A stretch of DNA of 64,000 bases from NCBI GenBank assembly GCA_964016885.1, contig OZ024748.1:58342001-58406000 (forward strand), written 5' to 3'. Below, piece by piece: positions 12,472-25,932 of the stretch (position 1 is its first letter; every line of letters starts with the position of its first letter). Below the pieces are notes generated by a model. The model had not been told where the DNA came from. It saw nothing but the letters and a program-made list of their open reading frames with translations, and searched no databases. Source of the stretch: Eledone cirrhosa (Eukaryota). A program made the position numbers and the translations under genes.

Positions 12472-14499
12472 CTATATTACTACATCCTAACACTACAGGG
12501 TTAGTTCAGATCTAGCTGTCGACACCGCCGCAGCTCAGCAGTCGGGGTCCTGACTATTTTCCTCTTATCCACTCTACTGCCCTAAGTATCGAGTACTCTG
12601 GTGCATCATGCTCCACCTGCCGCCCTAAGGATATATATATATATATAGGTATTATTTGGGAGGGTTATGTTGCCAATAAAAACACACGCACCTGTTAGTT
12701 TTCACTTCAATTTATCATAAGTTTCCGGTTGGTTGGTTCGATAACCGGAGGGTTGTTTGTATATTGGCAAAGATATTTTGTCACACGTATATATATATAA
12801 ATACATTTATATATGTGTATGTGAGTGTTTAAAAATAAAATAATTGATTGAACCATTCAATTACAACGAGGTGTTACAACATTTATCTTGTGAGGCACTA
12901 TGTGGCTACTGGAAATCACCATTTGTTTCTATTTGATCTCATTAGAAACTGTCCGTTTGGCCGTTGGCCGATTGAATGAATCTGTCTCCCATTTTATATT
13001 TTGTGATCAGTTTACTATTTTGCAGAGCTTATTGATGATAAATTTCTGATCTGAAATCAACTATTTTAATAAACAAAACCTTTCTAAATATTGGATATAT
13101 TTAGCAAGTGTTATTAATGTATTAATGCCAAAGCAGAAATCTGATCACTGTGATAATTTCTTAATGGATTACATATTACTGAATACGTTTATTGATAAGT
13201 AACCTGCCTCAAGTATGACTAAATCAATTATCCGTAATGTGCACTATAGCTTTCATTCGGTATATTGCAGAATCTTACCACCACAGAATTGTGATTCGTT
13301 ACATAAGAAAATAAGTTTAGATAATCCACAATACTTCCTGTTCTATTGAAATTCTATAGATATTAATGACTCACACATTAAATCTCGTGTCAATAATGTG
13401 ACGAACGTGGAATCATTTATATTTATGACAGTAATACGAACGACATAATATTCTAGTGTGCAGATATGTCCGAAAGCATCAAATTTGAAATACATATAAT
13501 AAATCTATTTAATTAGAATATGGCCAGCATTTGAGTTAATTGTAACAATAATCTTCAGTGTAAAATATAATTATCTTCATCACAGTAAATATGACGGTCT
13601 TATATTTTACCGAATTTAAGAATTAATATTTTTATAGCTTTCATATTTTCCTCCATGATGTTAAAGTCACAATGAGACTGAAAATATTCCAGTGGTTATT
13701 AGAATTGATCTTGAGAATTTACCAACATCTTTGTCTTTTTACAATACAGTCTTGTATGTAATATCGGACGCACATTATAATGTGGAGTCCATGTGATTCA
13801 TAATATGTTTCTCTTATGGAAACCATCGATCTTTTAGAAGCATGTAATTTACGCCACTAATAACGTAAGAAAACGTAGCTAAACATAGAATATTTGTATT
13901 CTTCCTTCCGAAATTTAATTTCTAAAACTGAGAAGCGGGTGAGATATATTACGAAGAAATATTCAATTAAATTTGTAGTAGTATTATCGATCTTAGACAG
14001 AAATGGAGAATCGTAGAATTGTGTTCAGAACATAAGAACTTTTAAATATAGAATGTGAGGAAAGTCTTCTGCCGACAATCTGATAGATTGGATTCAAACC
14101 TGTCCTAAAATAACAAAGATATATTTATTAAAGAATGAGAATTGTTATGTGTTCGATAACATATGTTATGTTTATTCCTTGGTTGCTGATAATGCTATGC
14201 TTTTGTTTCTCGTATCAAACAAAATCTGCAAATACAATATTCGTTTATATGTGGCTTTTTAACGGAAGCTAAATGTCCACTGATTCTATATTTTCATCTT
14301 CTATATCTAAACATTTCTGCCTGACAAGGGAGATTTAAATATGAAAAATAGCAAAATATATTACCTGCATGATGACAAAATATATTACCTATATGATGAC
14401 AAAGCCTTGGTTAGTGACTAAATGTACAAAGTCTGGACTCCATTCAGCTTATATATCTAATGCATTTAGATGTTGATATAAAATGTGTGTATTGACATT

Positions 14500-15213
14500 A
14501 GGATATACATTCTCGCCGAGGTTAACTGCTTGTTTTCAGGTTAAATCTCATTGAAGTGGCGATCAGCACTATCAAACGACATTTGTAAGTGTTTGGCGTA
14601 CACTAATTTATAAAATATATTCATGTGCTCCTTTTCATTTAGCTTGGTAAGGGGAACAATGAAACAATTCATTTCATAAAACCACATAAATGTTAAAATT
14701 CTCCTGCGATGTGGTTCCGTAGATAAACGAATACTATAGTAGGTATAGAATATCAAGTATCATTCTGAGTTCAACAATGGCTAGATGCTGGGGAATGCTG
14801 GCCTAAAATAAATTTGGTAATCAAGTATGACATTTCTAGAAAAAAATAATTTCTACAAATTTCCTATTTGATGACTCAATACATTGTAAAATTCCTAAAT
14901 ATAAATGCACATAGCTATATATTCCATGTGAAAGCAAAATACTATATGAGTTATTTTTTAAATACATGTATATATATATATATACGCATATAAATGTTGT
15001 TATTGTAATTTTAAATTGGGAATGTTTACTTCTTTTTAAATAGAGATATTACCAGATTTTTAATTCCAAGTAAATGGAAAGAAACAGAGGTTCCCTGGTG
15101 CTCCATGGCTTTTAGCGTGTTATTTAACTATTTCTGTTCTATGCTTTATGTAAATATAATAAAATATATATAATGCTATCATTAAATTAAGTGGAATTGT
15201 TTCAAACCCATTG

Positions 15214-15249
<36 letters not shown>

Positions 15250-18200
15250 CGTTGTATTAGTACCGCTATAGATAATAGCGTTTGTTCGTTCTTACAAATT
15301 GTTTTATTGTATTTGTGGACATCTAAACAAAAATATATATTTTTTCAAATTCTATATAAAGCAACTCATTAGTCTAAAGGAACTCATTAGTCTAAAGGAC
15401 TTACTAATTCATTTTAATTTATATCACAAATTACATTTTTTTACTTTACTTTCAATTTATGTTAAGTTGTATTATTTTTTCTAATAAATTTTATAATACT
15501 ATTATCTTAATACATATAAATAGGAAAGGTGCTACATCTATTCACATTTAAAAGAATAAAATCTGACTCCTTAGATGATACACAAAACTAAAATTAATTA
15601 AGAGACGGAGTGGAGAAAATGAATAGATAAAATTCGATAAATTTCTGACAATTAAACAGATGTGAAATATTGCTTTACCTCAAAATAACATTTCAAATAT
15701 CTTTTTTCCAATCATGAAAAGCCTCTTCATTAATACAACCTCCATTTTAATGTGATGTCCAGGAAAATAGGAATCTATTTTAATTTGTGTATATAATTAT
15801 TTGAAGTGTTTTAAAATACTGTTTTATGAATCCTAGAGTACATCCGGGTTTAATGAATATTTCTCTTGCATTTCTTATGAGGTCTCTGTTCGAAAAGACC
15901 GAGATGCCTTTCTGTGCCTACAATATTGTGACTGATACTTGGGTCTTGAATATTCCGACCAGGTGGATCAGAGGTTAAACTTGAACTTAGAAACCTACAA
16001 GATGAGAGAGATATCGAAAAGCATCTCGTTTGATATTCTAACAATTCCGTAAATCCTGGAATGATAAACATATGATAAACATATTAAATATAATATTGCC
16101 ATCGACGAGGTTTGAACACAGACCTCAGACAGAACAATATTTAGCATTCCATCTGGGGTTTTAATAATCAATCCGTTTTGACAGGTTTATGCATTCATGC
16201 TTAGAATCTTCATTTGTTATCAATCCATGTGCATTAAAGGCCATATATAGATGAAATTGATTGGTTTATGTGATTTATATCTATGTACTTCACGGTCATG
16301 GCCATGGGCTTAGCATGGAATTATTGTATAATTTATAATCAAAGCTTCTATTTCATTTAAAACGGCATGAATGGTTGGAGTTAAGGGAAATCACTCCATA
16401 CGAGAATTGAAATGCATATTGCATAATGCGGGGTGCGATTTAGTAATATAAATCATGAAATATTATAACTCCTAACAATTCTAGTAGCATTTCGATTACA
16501 CCTTCAGTATGATTGAGTTATCCTAATCATCTAATTCTCATTTTGGAGATACAATAATGTTGGCTAAATAATGTGTAGTGAATAGTTCCTTTCTCATATC
16601 ATTCTGAATACAAATACCGCTGAGAGCCATTCTAATTTATTAGGGTTCCAAAGTCAATAAATTAGGTATCAAACATCTACAGATTTGCGTGAATATATTT
16701 TATTCTTCCTTAGAATGTCAAGAAACATTTGCTGCATCGATCTTTATAATCAAACTATTAAATAGTAACATAGGTCTTAGTATTCTACTGTAGTCTTTAT
16801 TTGATCAATATGTCGTGAAGAGTATTTAGCAGAGAGAAACGCCACGTATCGCTAGCGCAAATATATATTCATACATACACGCGAACGATCGCATGTATGC
16901 GCACACGCGCGCACACACATACACACATGATATGTGTCTGAATGTATATGCGTGTTTTCTCTCTACCTATAATATATCAATTCGAAATATATAGATCGTT
17001 AAATTAAGTTAGAAACCATATTATTAACGTGTTTAAGACGTTCGAACGACGGACAATAAGGTTTTAGATGTTTAGACCAAACTTCCTTAGGCTCTGGTAT
17101 GAAATCGTTCCGACGTCAACTTCTACGAAAATTGATAACCTTGATAGAATTTATTTGATTTATCGTGGTATTTCCCAGATTTTATCAGGTAAGAGCTTGG
17201 GATTGCAACTGACTGCCTCGAACACATATCCATATTGTTGCGTAGCGGTGTGTTGCGTAGCATCATTAGTTCTGGAGACTTTGATGCGAAAATGTCATGT
17301 CCATTCGCAAGATACAAGACAAATTTGACAACGTGCTCAGTACAACACGATAGAGGAAATGTTTCGTGTCTTTATTACATAATTAACTGTGAAGATTATA
17401 TTGCATAATTTTGGTGTTTTGTTCTTACCAACGATCCTATCTACGAATAACACCACAAGTTTTTTTGAATTAAATAATTAAGTTTTAATGGTGAATTTTA
17501 TAGTATTACGTTTTCTGAGTTATGAATAATTAGCTCTAAACATGGGATAATTCATGATCAGATCACATGCGTAAAACCCGGCTATTAGAGTACAGTTTTC
17601 AGTAGCTTATTGAATTATCTATAAGGATATATCTAAGATCCAAAGCATAACGAGAATCATACGTTATTGTAGGACGCCAATCAGATTTCTAACGATATAG
17701 CTTTATTGTTTTAACCGCATTTCCCCACAGAAAAATATCTTCATTAGCTTCAAAGAATATTAACGGCGATATAGTAATTAATTCCGAACTTCTGACATGA
17801 TATTGACGTAACTTTCACAATGTGTCTTTCAATAATACTAATTTCTATAATCAACGATTAATCGATGAGGTTCAAAGAACTGGAAATGTATTTTGTAAAG
17901 GCTACATCTAATGACAATTCAATTACGTTGGTTTGGAAATATCATTTAAATTTAAGCAGCAGCATTGTCATATTACTTTCAGGATAATAAAGAAGTTCAA
18001 ACAATTTAATTACGCACATTACGATTTAGGAAGAACCGCATCTCATAGGTTAAACGTGGTTACAAAGTAATTTGATTTGCATTTACAATTTAAATACCTG
18101 CCCATCAAATATATATCGTGGGTAGTTACATTTGTCATTAAAAGGGTAATATATTTGTGCACAAAAGAGTATTCATATATACAATATATAAAAATATACA

Positions 18201-18616
18201 AATAGATATACACACACACACATAGTTATATATATGCGTATATATATATATATATATATATATATAACTACATAAAGTACCATAGAAAAAGAAACATTCG
18301 TTTATCTATATTTCTTGTCAGGCATGATTACACACACACACACACACCACACACATTATCTAAGTATTTATTAAATACAAGTATGCATATATATAATATA
18401 CGTTAAACGTAGACAACTTTCTATAAGCGAATGATTACATAGGCATTGGCTACTGGTAATATTGTATACACACACACACCCACATATTTATATATATGCG
18501 TGTGTATACAATATTATCAGTAGCCAATGCCTATGTAATCATTTGCTTATATAAAGTTGTCTACGTTTAACGTATATTATATATATGCATACTTGTATTT
18601 AATAAGTACTTATATA

Positions 18617-18679
<63 letters not shown>

Positions 18680-19850
18680 TGTGTGTAATCACGCCTGACA
18701 AATATAGATAAACGAAAGTATCTTTTTCTATGATACTTTATGTAGTTTCTGATGAGAAGTTCATTGTAATAAATGTGAGTATAGAAGTGATATAGTAGAA
18801 CTACTCGGACATTTCTTTTCATGCAACTAAATAACAAAAGTATCTAGCTATCTCAACTCTAGTTGGATTTGCGCATATAAAGACTAGACAAACACAAAAT
18901 CACATCAGTCGTTTTTTTTTTCTTTGCGCTTCCATTCATACGATTCGTCCATCATCATTGTTGAGACAATAACAAGATTAAGTGTCATTTGAATAATTGT
19001 CGAAACAAAAATGAAACCAGTTTTTGTAACGGTTTTAAGTCAAGTTAAGTTTTCACGATTTCTTCCTTTATTCTCGTTTTTCTTCTACAGTTCCAAGATA
19101 TATAGCTTTAAAATAAGAAGGAAAACATACATAGCTTTATTTAGATGAAATACGAGTGTTTCGCTACTACAGTTTGCCATTTATTCATCTAATATATTGT
19201 ATCAGGTAAAAAGTAAAATAATATAGTTTACGTTTGTATATTTAGACAAAGAAGGCGAGAAACGAAATACGATAATTCTTTTTCCCATAATTATATTTTT
19301 CGCCTCCATGCACCTAACGTACTCATATTGATTACTCTCGACATCATACTGATTATTTGTTTTTGAATAATAAAGCAAACATAATCTATATTGTTTTTAT
19401 GACATTCACAATCAAGTTCTTTCAATACTGGTATTAATAACGAAATTGCAATATGTATCATTAAAACATTACATAATGGAAATGTACTTTTACCTTGTCA
19501 TATTTAAGCAAGTGTCGGCCATTATCGACTAAACTATTTTAAAAATAGAAGTCTTCTTTCTTTGAATATGACATTTATTTCACGTTGCTGTGGTTGTGTC
19601 AGCTGGGGAAAATATGTTTACCTGTAATTTAACACACTCTTTCAGACGGAATATTAATGAGATCTAAGCTAAGTGTATATAATTAGGAGGAACATGTATA
19701 CACATGCACATTAATATTACGAGGAAGCTGATAACACAGCTGGGAAGATCATCTTCGGAAACGATGTTAGTCCAACACACGCATAAACGAAAAGTGTAAA
19801 ATTAAATAAGATTACATTATAGTATTTGTTGTTTAATTACGTCATACAGT
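14500..19850 (-). pseudogene. Decayed LRR gene(s), TLR-like
   Basis: Minus-strand HVPPN/YTLSLDL (~19660-19700), SSLNLID*SLIIEISIIE (~17830-17880), VKYIDINHIN (~16270), IQDPSISHN (~15930). The number of genes is unclear. Confidence 0.45.
18266..18747. repeat. Long inverted repeat (arms ~18266-18475 and ~18499-18747) with an internal (CA)n/(TG)n
   Basis: Arms are close reverse complements; left end abuts (TA)n. Confidence 0.9.
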
Positions 19851-20029
19851 TTGAGGTCACTGAAAAAATATTTAAAGTCAAATATTAAAGGCTCCAAACA
19901 TTTATAGATTTAAGTGATTCCTGTCTGAAGACATGCTTGTTTGTATGGAGCGCAAATTTCATTATGGAACTATGTAGGTGATTTAGCCTAAATAGGTCCA
20001 TAATAAAAGGTATTCTGTGAATGACTCGC

Positions 20030-20500
20030 GTTTTCCCGGGGAGGCTGAGTTGGAACCATTAAATATGAGTGCTGGAATCAACCCCCCCCCCCTGGTCATA
20101 ATCTGCATTAACAGAATCGATAAGCGCAGACAGGCTGGAAATGATATCAAGATTGGTGGGTTGGTAGTAGAATCCTTTGGTTGGAAATTGTAGAGTGCAT
20201 TGTAATACTAAATTCATCGGAAAGTGATCTCCAACTTGTACTGGCTTGGTTTACTGCTGAATGCAGCACTGTGGTAATGAATACACTCGTACTTCCATGA
20301 AAGCCTGCTCGTTGAACTCTGAATATAATTGTTCTACTGAATCAGGTGGAGAATGTCAAGTATATCGGTACTGTTTTCACAGGTGAGGCTGAAGTAAATG
20401 CAAGAATCCATGAGCCTGTGCATCAGTGCACTAAATCATCAGAATGAGGGCTGTCGATGTAAACCTCAAACTCATCATCTTCTATTTAATGTACGTGCTT
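20030..20500 (+). mobile_element. RTE-clade LINE RT fragment, degenerate
   Basis: SSESDLQLVLAWFTAEC and LNQVENVKYIGTVFT..EVNARI. Confidence 0.65.
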
Positions 20501-20549
20501 ACACTGGAACGCCAGGGTATTTATCTATGAATGGTATTACATAGCCCAT

Positions 20550-21213
20550 TTATATATCACAGTTATATGCCTAGGCATAGAGAGGTAAACTAGATAAGGG
20601 CTAGAGAGTCTATAGATAATTCATATATCTATTGGTATTAAATACTAATAGCTTTGATAAAGAGAATAGGTTAGTCAATTTAATGTTTGATATAGAGTGA
20701 AATACGTGTTGTCATTCGTAAGAATATCTGACCGGTGCTACAACAATTAGCTCTGCATCTTTTATAGTCGTCCGAAAGATGCATCACAATTTCTAACAAC
20801 TCATAACACACACCAGCAGGATATCAATTCAAAGGTAATGAAACGTGAAAAGATAGTACATCCGATAGAATGATATCTCTGTATTTATCGTCTTTCTGTG
20901 AATGTGTATTTCATATAACACTTGAATATCTGCAGACAAACTACGTCAAAGGGGAATGGTATTTTTAACTAATATATAATATAAGCGGGCACTGATAATC
21001 ATTCATTACATATGCCACATTAACTCAACTTTATTCCTGCGTAAATAGTTTTAACTAAATCCGTCAAAAGAACCAGCTGCGAGAAAGTAAATGTTTAGGA
21101 GATCGTTGATTTATGCTTCCGCTTGTCATTTTTTTATATTTATATAAACACACACATATATTCACACAAACTTACGTATATAAAGACACGTACAATCACA
21201 CATATTTACGTAC

Positions 21214-21254
<41 letters not shown>

Positions 21255-21500
21255 CATATACGTGTTATTCTCTACAGCCGCCTTTCATAGCAGATAAAAT
21301 GTTTCAAAAGAAGGAAGAATATATAAAGTTGTTAAAATCTTTTCTCATTTTCACATTATAGTATGTAGTTTATATGTAATATAATTTGTATGATAGGATA
21401 CATTAAATACGTATTACATCTTTCCATTTCTTTTAGCTTTCATATTACATTGCAAAGCTCTATCAAAAATAAGTGAATATAATTTTGTAAAAACAAATTA
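20550..21500 (-). pseudogene. LRR/LRRCT-like remnant
   Basis: FLAAGSFDGFS (~21055-21090); PFDVVCLQIF (~20925-20955). Confidence 0.35.
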
Positions 21501-21519
21501 TATATATAGTAATAATTGT

Positions 21520-21814
<295 letters not shown>

Positions 21815-21901
21815 CGTGAAGACTAAACTCCAAAGAGGGCTCCATAAAGATAATATGTATATATCAAATATATAAAACCATAGAGCAAATATTTATTAAA
21901 A

Positions 21902-21994
21902 TTTAAGCAAATAATCGTTGCTTTCACCCATAACGGGATCTTCTGAAACTCAGAAGATCCCGTTAAGGGTGAAAGCAGCGCTTCTTTGCTTGAA
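21902..21994. repeat. Palindrome of a hammerhead-like sequence
   Basis: GCTTTCACCCATAACGGGATCTTCTGA-AAC-TCAGAAGATCCCGTTAAGGGTGAAAGC; the core reads CAGAAGA (non-canonical)-CCC/GGG-GAAA. Confidence 0.7.
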
Positions 21995-22007
21995 CTTCAA
22001 TCTGTTA

Positions 22008-22078
<71 letters not shown>

Positions 22079-22284
22079 ACGTACATACATATATGTATAC
22101 AGACGTACACTAGTGTGTATATATATATATACATACATGCACACATATATATATGCACGTATCGGTTTACTGAACATTTATTATAATGCTCGGTTTGTTT
22201 GTTTGTAAACAAACAAAGAGCCCGAATTACACCGTACAGTGTTTAGGCAACCAGGTAACCTTTTTGTTCAACACTGACACGGGA

Positions 22285-22327
22285 ACGATGTACTAGTTTC
22301 AAGCTTATTAGCTATCGTCAGCATCGT
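22285..22327 (-). ncRNA. Type I hammerhead ribozyme (H3), intact core
   Basis: ACGATG-CTGACGA-T-AGCT-AATA-AGCT-T-GAAA-CTAG-TA-CATCGT; perfect 6-bp stem I, ACTAGT palindromic stem III. Confidence 0.9.
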
Positions 22328-22732
22328 ATACCTTCCTGCCAGATGGTTGAACGTCTGAAAGTATATACTTTCCTTATGCATATTAACGGCTGAGCAGCCT
22401 AATTTGCATATCGAGTGAGTTCAGTCGGCCGGGCACACCAAAAACAATAAATGGAATAGAATGAAACGAAATTTCATTTCACACTCTTAGTACGACACTT
22501 ACTTAAATGTAAGTATGTATGTATACGTACATACATATATGTATACAGACGTACAGTAGTATGTATATATATATACATACATGCACACATATATATATAT
22601 ATGCACGTATCGGTTTACCGAACATTTATTATAATGCTCGGTTTGTTTGTTTGTAAACAAACAAACAGCCCGAATTACGCCGTACAGTGTATAGGCAACC
22701 ACGTCAGCTTTTTGTTCAACACAGACACAGGA

Positions 22733-22775
22733 ACGATGTACTAGTTTCAAGCTTATTAGCTATTGTCAGCATCGT
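22733..22775 (-). ncRNA. Type I hammerhead (H3) with core mutation CTGACAA
   Basis: Same layout as 22285-22327 but G8 is A; predicted inactive. Confidence 0.75.
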
Positions 22776-22923
22776 ATACCTTCCTGCCAGATGGTTGAAC
22801 GTCTGAAAGTATATACTTTCCTTATGCATATTAACGGCTGAGCAGCCTAATTTGCATACATACTTACATTTAAGTGCCGTACTAAGAGTGAGAAATGAAA
22901 TTTCGTTTCATTCTATTCCATTT

Positions 22924-22954
<31 letters not shown>

Positions 22955-22979
22955 CATATACATATACATATATATATAC

Positions 22980-23028
<49 letters not shown>

Positions 23029-23046
23029 CATATATATATACATATA

Positions 23047-24615
23047 GACGAACTGGGCCTCCTACTTAGACTTACCTACGACACTGACTACCTAGACAGC
23101 CATGACCTTAGATGTTTCTGCCCTAGTAGACCTATAAGAGGTAGACCCCCCACCATAACCTCAATGGCTAAAAAGACTCCCATAGGAAGGTGGATTGGGT
23201 GGACCAAAGCTATACGGACCCCCCAAAACACTGATCAGGTAAGAAAAATGGTCGCACATGCAATAGGGGCTAGTATCAAAACTACCCTAAAGGGCCACAT
23301 ATTTAAGTTCAATGAGAAAATCTACACCCAAAATGAGGGAGCAGCCATCGGCGTCAGCATAGCTGGCGATGTTGCCAACCTTTTCATGGTATGGTGGGAA
23401 AGGAGACTTAAAGATCTCCTTAATGAAAGCTCCATAGACCTCATCATGTACTCTCGTTATGTAGACGATATCAATATAGTTATAAGAACACCCCCACTAG
23501 AGAGCACTAACAAGTTTGATTTAGAACGTAGCACGATGGAAAGCATCCAGCAGATAGCTAATTCCATACACCAGAGTATAACTGTAACTATAGACTTCCC
23601 TTCCAAACACCCTAACAATAGACTACCTGTATTAGACACAGAACTCTGGATTAACACTATAGACGAGAGAGCCCAAATTCTCCACTCACACTATGCTAAA
23701 CCCATGGCCTCCAAATACCTGATACTCAAAAACTCAGCAATGTCCAGTAGTGCTAAGTTTAATATTCTGATCGCAGATTTGGTACGAGTGATGAAGAATG
23801 TGTCCAGCATGTGCGACCCAACAGAAATGGAAGGACACATCCAACACTTCATCAACCGCATGCAGTTCTCTGGCTACAACCAAAGAGACAGAGTCAGAGT
23901 ATACGAAGGAGCCATGGAAAAGTATAAGACCCTCATAGAACTGGACATGAAAGGAATTTGCCCACTATACAGGAGCAAATCATGGAATAGCTTAGATAGG
24001 GCTAGACATAAGATAGGGAAGGCCACATCATGGTACGACAACCAGAGATATCAGAGTGTCATGTTTGTGGACGCCACCCCTGGAGGGAAATTAGCTAACC
24101 AGTGTAGAAAGGCCCTGAGAAAGACCCACTTAAAAATAAAGGTGGTAGAAAAGCCAGGAACCACCATAAAATCCCTGATCAGCAAAACCTACCCTTTTAA
24201 GAAAACCCACTGTACCAATAGGAAATGTATCATATGTAAGGTGAACCCCCGGATAAACTGTAAAACTAGAAACGTAGTCTATAGCATAAGATGTACAGAG
24301 GGTACTTGCAGAAACACGACAACAACATACATAGGTGAGACAGCTCGTAGCATAGGTGAAAGGATAGACCAACACTGGGGGGAACTAAAAGGACGAAAAA
24401 ACGGGTCAGTACTATACGAACATGCTAGACAACATCATGACGGTAACATAGACAACATAGAAATTAGAATAATATCTAAACATAGGAATGACCCAGCAGA
24501 TAGGCAAATCAGAGAGGCCAGTGAAATAGAAATTAGAAGACCAAAGCTAAACAGAAAGAATGAGTGGAACAACAACAACACCCAAACAAACAACACTGAC
24601 CTAAGAGAAGTATAA
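23047..24615 (+). CDS. Penelope-like reverse transcriptase + GIY-YIG endonuclease (N-truncated; the ORF-track start at 22852 is a microsatellite read-through artefact)
   Basis: QNEGAAIGVSIAG (motif B'), YSRYVDD, LPVLD, Cys cluster CTNRKCIIC..C, VVYSIRC..YIGETARSIGERIDQH, REASEI..PKLNRKNE; no stops over ~520 codons. Confidence 0.92.
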   Translation, partial: DELGLLLRLTYDTDYLDSHDLRCFCPSRPIRGRPPTITSMAKKTPIGRWIGWTKAIRTPQNTDQVRKMVAHAIGASIKTTLKGHIFKFNEKIYTQNEGAAIGVSIAGDVANLFMVWWERRLKDLLNESSIDLIMYSRYVDDINIVIRTPPLESTNKFDLERSTMESIQQIANSIHQSITVTIDFPSKHPNNRLPVLDTELWINTIDERAQILHSHYAKPMASKYLILKNSAMSSSAKFNILIADLVRVMKNVSSMCDPTEMEGHIQHFINRMQFSGYNQRDRVRVYEGAMEKYKTLIELDMKGICPLYRSKSWNSLDRARHKIGKATSWYDNQRYQSVMFVDATPGGKLANQCRKALRKTHLKIKVVEKPGTTIKSLISKTYPFKKTHCTNRKCIICKVNPRINCKTRNVVYSIRCTEGTCRNTTTTYIGETARSIGERIDQHWGELKGRKNGSVLYEHARQHHDGNIDNIEIRIISKHRNDPADRQIREASEIEIRRPKLNRKNEWNNNNTQTNNTDLREV

Positions 24616-24885
24616 ATAAATAAGTAAATTAAATTAAATAAAATAAGATAAATAAATACATACACAAGCACATAAACACACACTAGTCACCCAGCAGACA
24701 ACACTATACACACTAGTCACACATCACACATCACACATAACACTATACACACACGCAAACGCATGCGCAAAGAAGACAAAATAAAATAAGATAAACAAAC
24801 AAGCAAATAAATAAATAAATATATAGACAGACTGAACAAAAAAAAAATGGCGTAGACATACAACACAACAGGAGGAACAATGAAT

Positions 24886-24936
24886 ATAACACCACTGACG
24901 ATGTTGCAGATGTGCAACGAAAGATTTATGTAAACT
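24886..24936 (+). ncRNA. Minimal type I hammerhead in the Penelope-like 3' UTR
   Basis: CTGACGA 24895-24901, stem II GTTGCA-GATG-TGCAAC, GAAA 24919-24922, GATTTA; stem I is weak. Confidence 0.75.
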
Positions 24937-25139
24937 ATATATATATGTGTTTGTCTATATTGTATCTGTATTATTTTTGACCGCCGGTCAGTCAATGGCA
25001 ACATTGAGGACCGAGTAAGTTAGATCGCAGATATATATATATAAAAGACAGCGAGAAGCGAAAACCAACCAAACAGTGAGTGTGTTCTGTTATTAATTCT
25101 GGCAATATTACGCAAATATGACCCTCCCCAAATATAACA

Positions 25140-25215
<76 letters not shown>

Positions 25216-25569
25216 ACATATACATATATATATATATGATGACATACATAGTTTGATAGTTTGAGAGAGAAGATAGAACGGTCCAAGCTGAAACCATTTG
25301 GCGCCTTGGTGACGATTTTACCTCTTTCTCTCTCGCTCACTCTCTTTCTTTCTCACATCATATATATATAAGCTGATTAGTTCTTTCGTTGTTTTTGGTA
25401 TAGTATGGTTGGGTTTTGCCTACCGCAATTTTCAATATGTCAAGCTTTTTAACGTAATGTTATTACTCTAAGGACCTACCCTTATTGAGTGCTTTGCTAC
25501 TCATTTCTCATTGTAGGTCTACGTTGCTTGGCCACAGCCAAAGCTTCGATTTTACTAAGCTTCCACTTA

Positions 25570-25593
25570 TATATGTATACATACATACATACA

Positions 25594-25680
<87 letters not shown>

Positions 25681-25739
25681 ATATATATATATATGTGTAT
25701 ATATATATATGTGTATATATATATATGTGTATATATATA

Positions 25740-25796
<57 letters not shown>

Positions 25797-25803
25797 GTGC
25801 GTC

Positions 25804-25852
<49 letters not shown>

Positions 25853-25857
25853 GCGTG

Positions 25858-25903
<46 letters not shown>

Positions 25904-25930
25904 TGTATGTATGTATATATATATACATAC
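25570..25930. repeat. (TA)n/(TG) microsatellite
   Basis: Direct inspection. Confidence 0.95.
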
Positions 25931-25932
25931 AT

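Larger units (their letters stand above)
22075..22924 (-). mobile_element. Tandem hammerhead repeat (retrozyme-like family H3), 448-bp period, with an inverted terminal piece at ~22856-22924
   Basis: Two units with hammerheads at 22285-22327 and 22733-22775; 22856-22924 is the reverse complement of ~22448-22520. Confidence 0.85.
23046..25031 (+). mobile_element. Penelope-like retroelement, 5'-truncated, with 3' UTR/pLTR hammerhead
   Basis: RT + GIY-YIG ORF, an A/C-rich 3' UTR with a hammerhead core, and (TA)n on both flanks. Confidence 0.9.

Noticed and set aside
12715-12750. Hammerhead relic (minus CCGGTT..AACCGG-AAAC); similar at ~25535-25565
   Set aside because: No CUGANGA box, so it cannot be supported.
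14541-14756. Possible fifth TIR remnant
   Set aside because: The position fits, but I could not find convincing TIR boxes.
17068-17328. Plus-strand LRR-like peptide NLDRIYLIYRGISQI (and LYLNMLDVEKNSI near 51240)
   Set aside because: Isolated; the surrounding motifs favour the minus strand, and AT-rich DNA yields LRR-like strings by chance.
22852-23046. N-terminal 65 aa of the 587-aa ORF
   Set aside because: Derived from the inverted H3 piece and (TA)n; not part of the RT protein.
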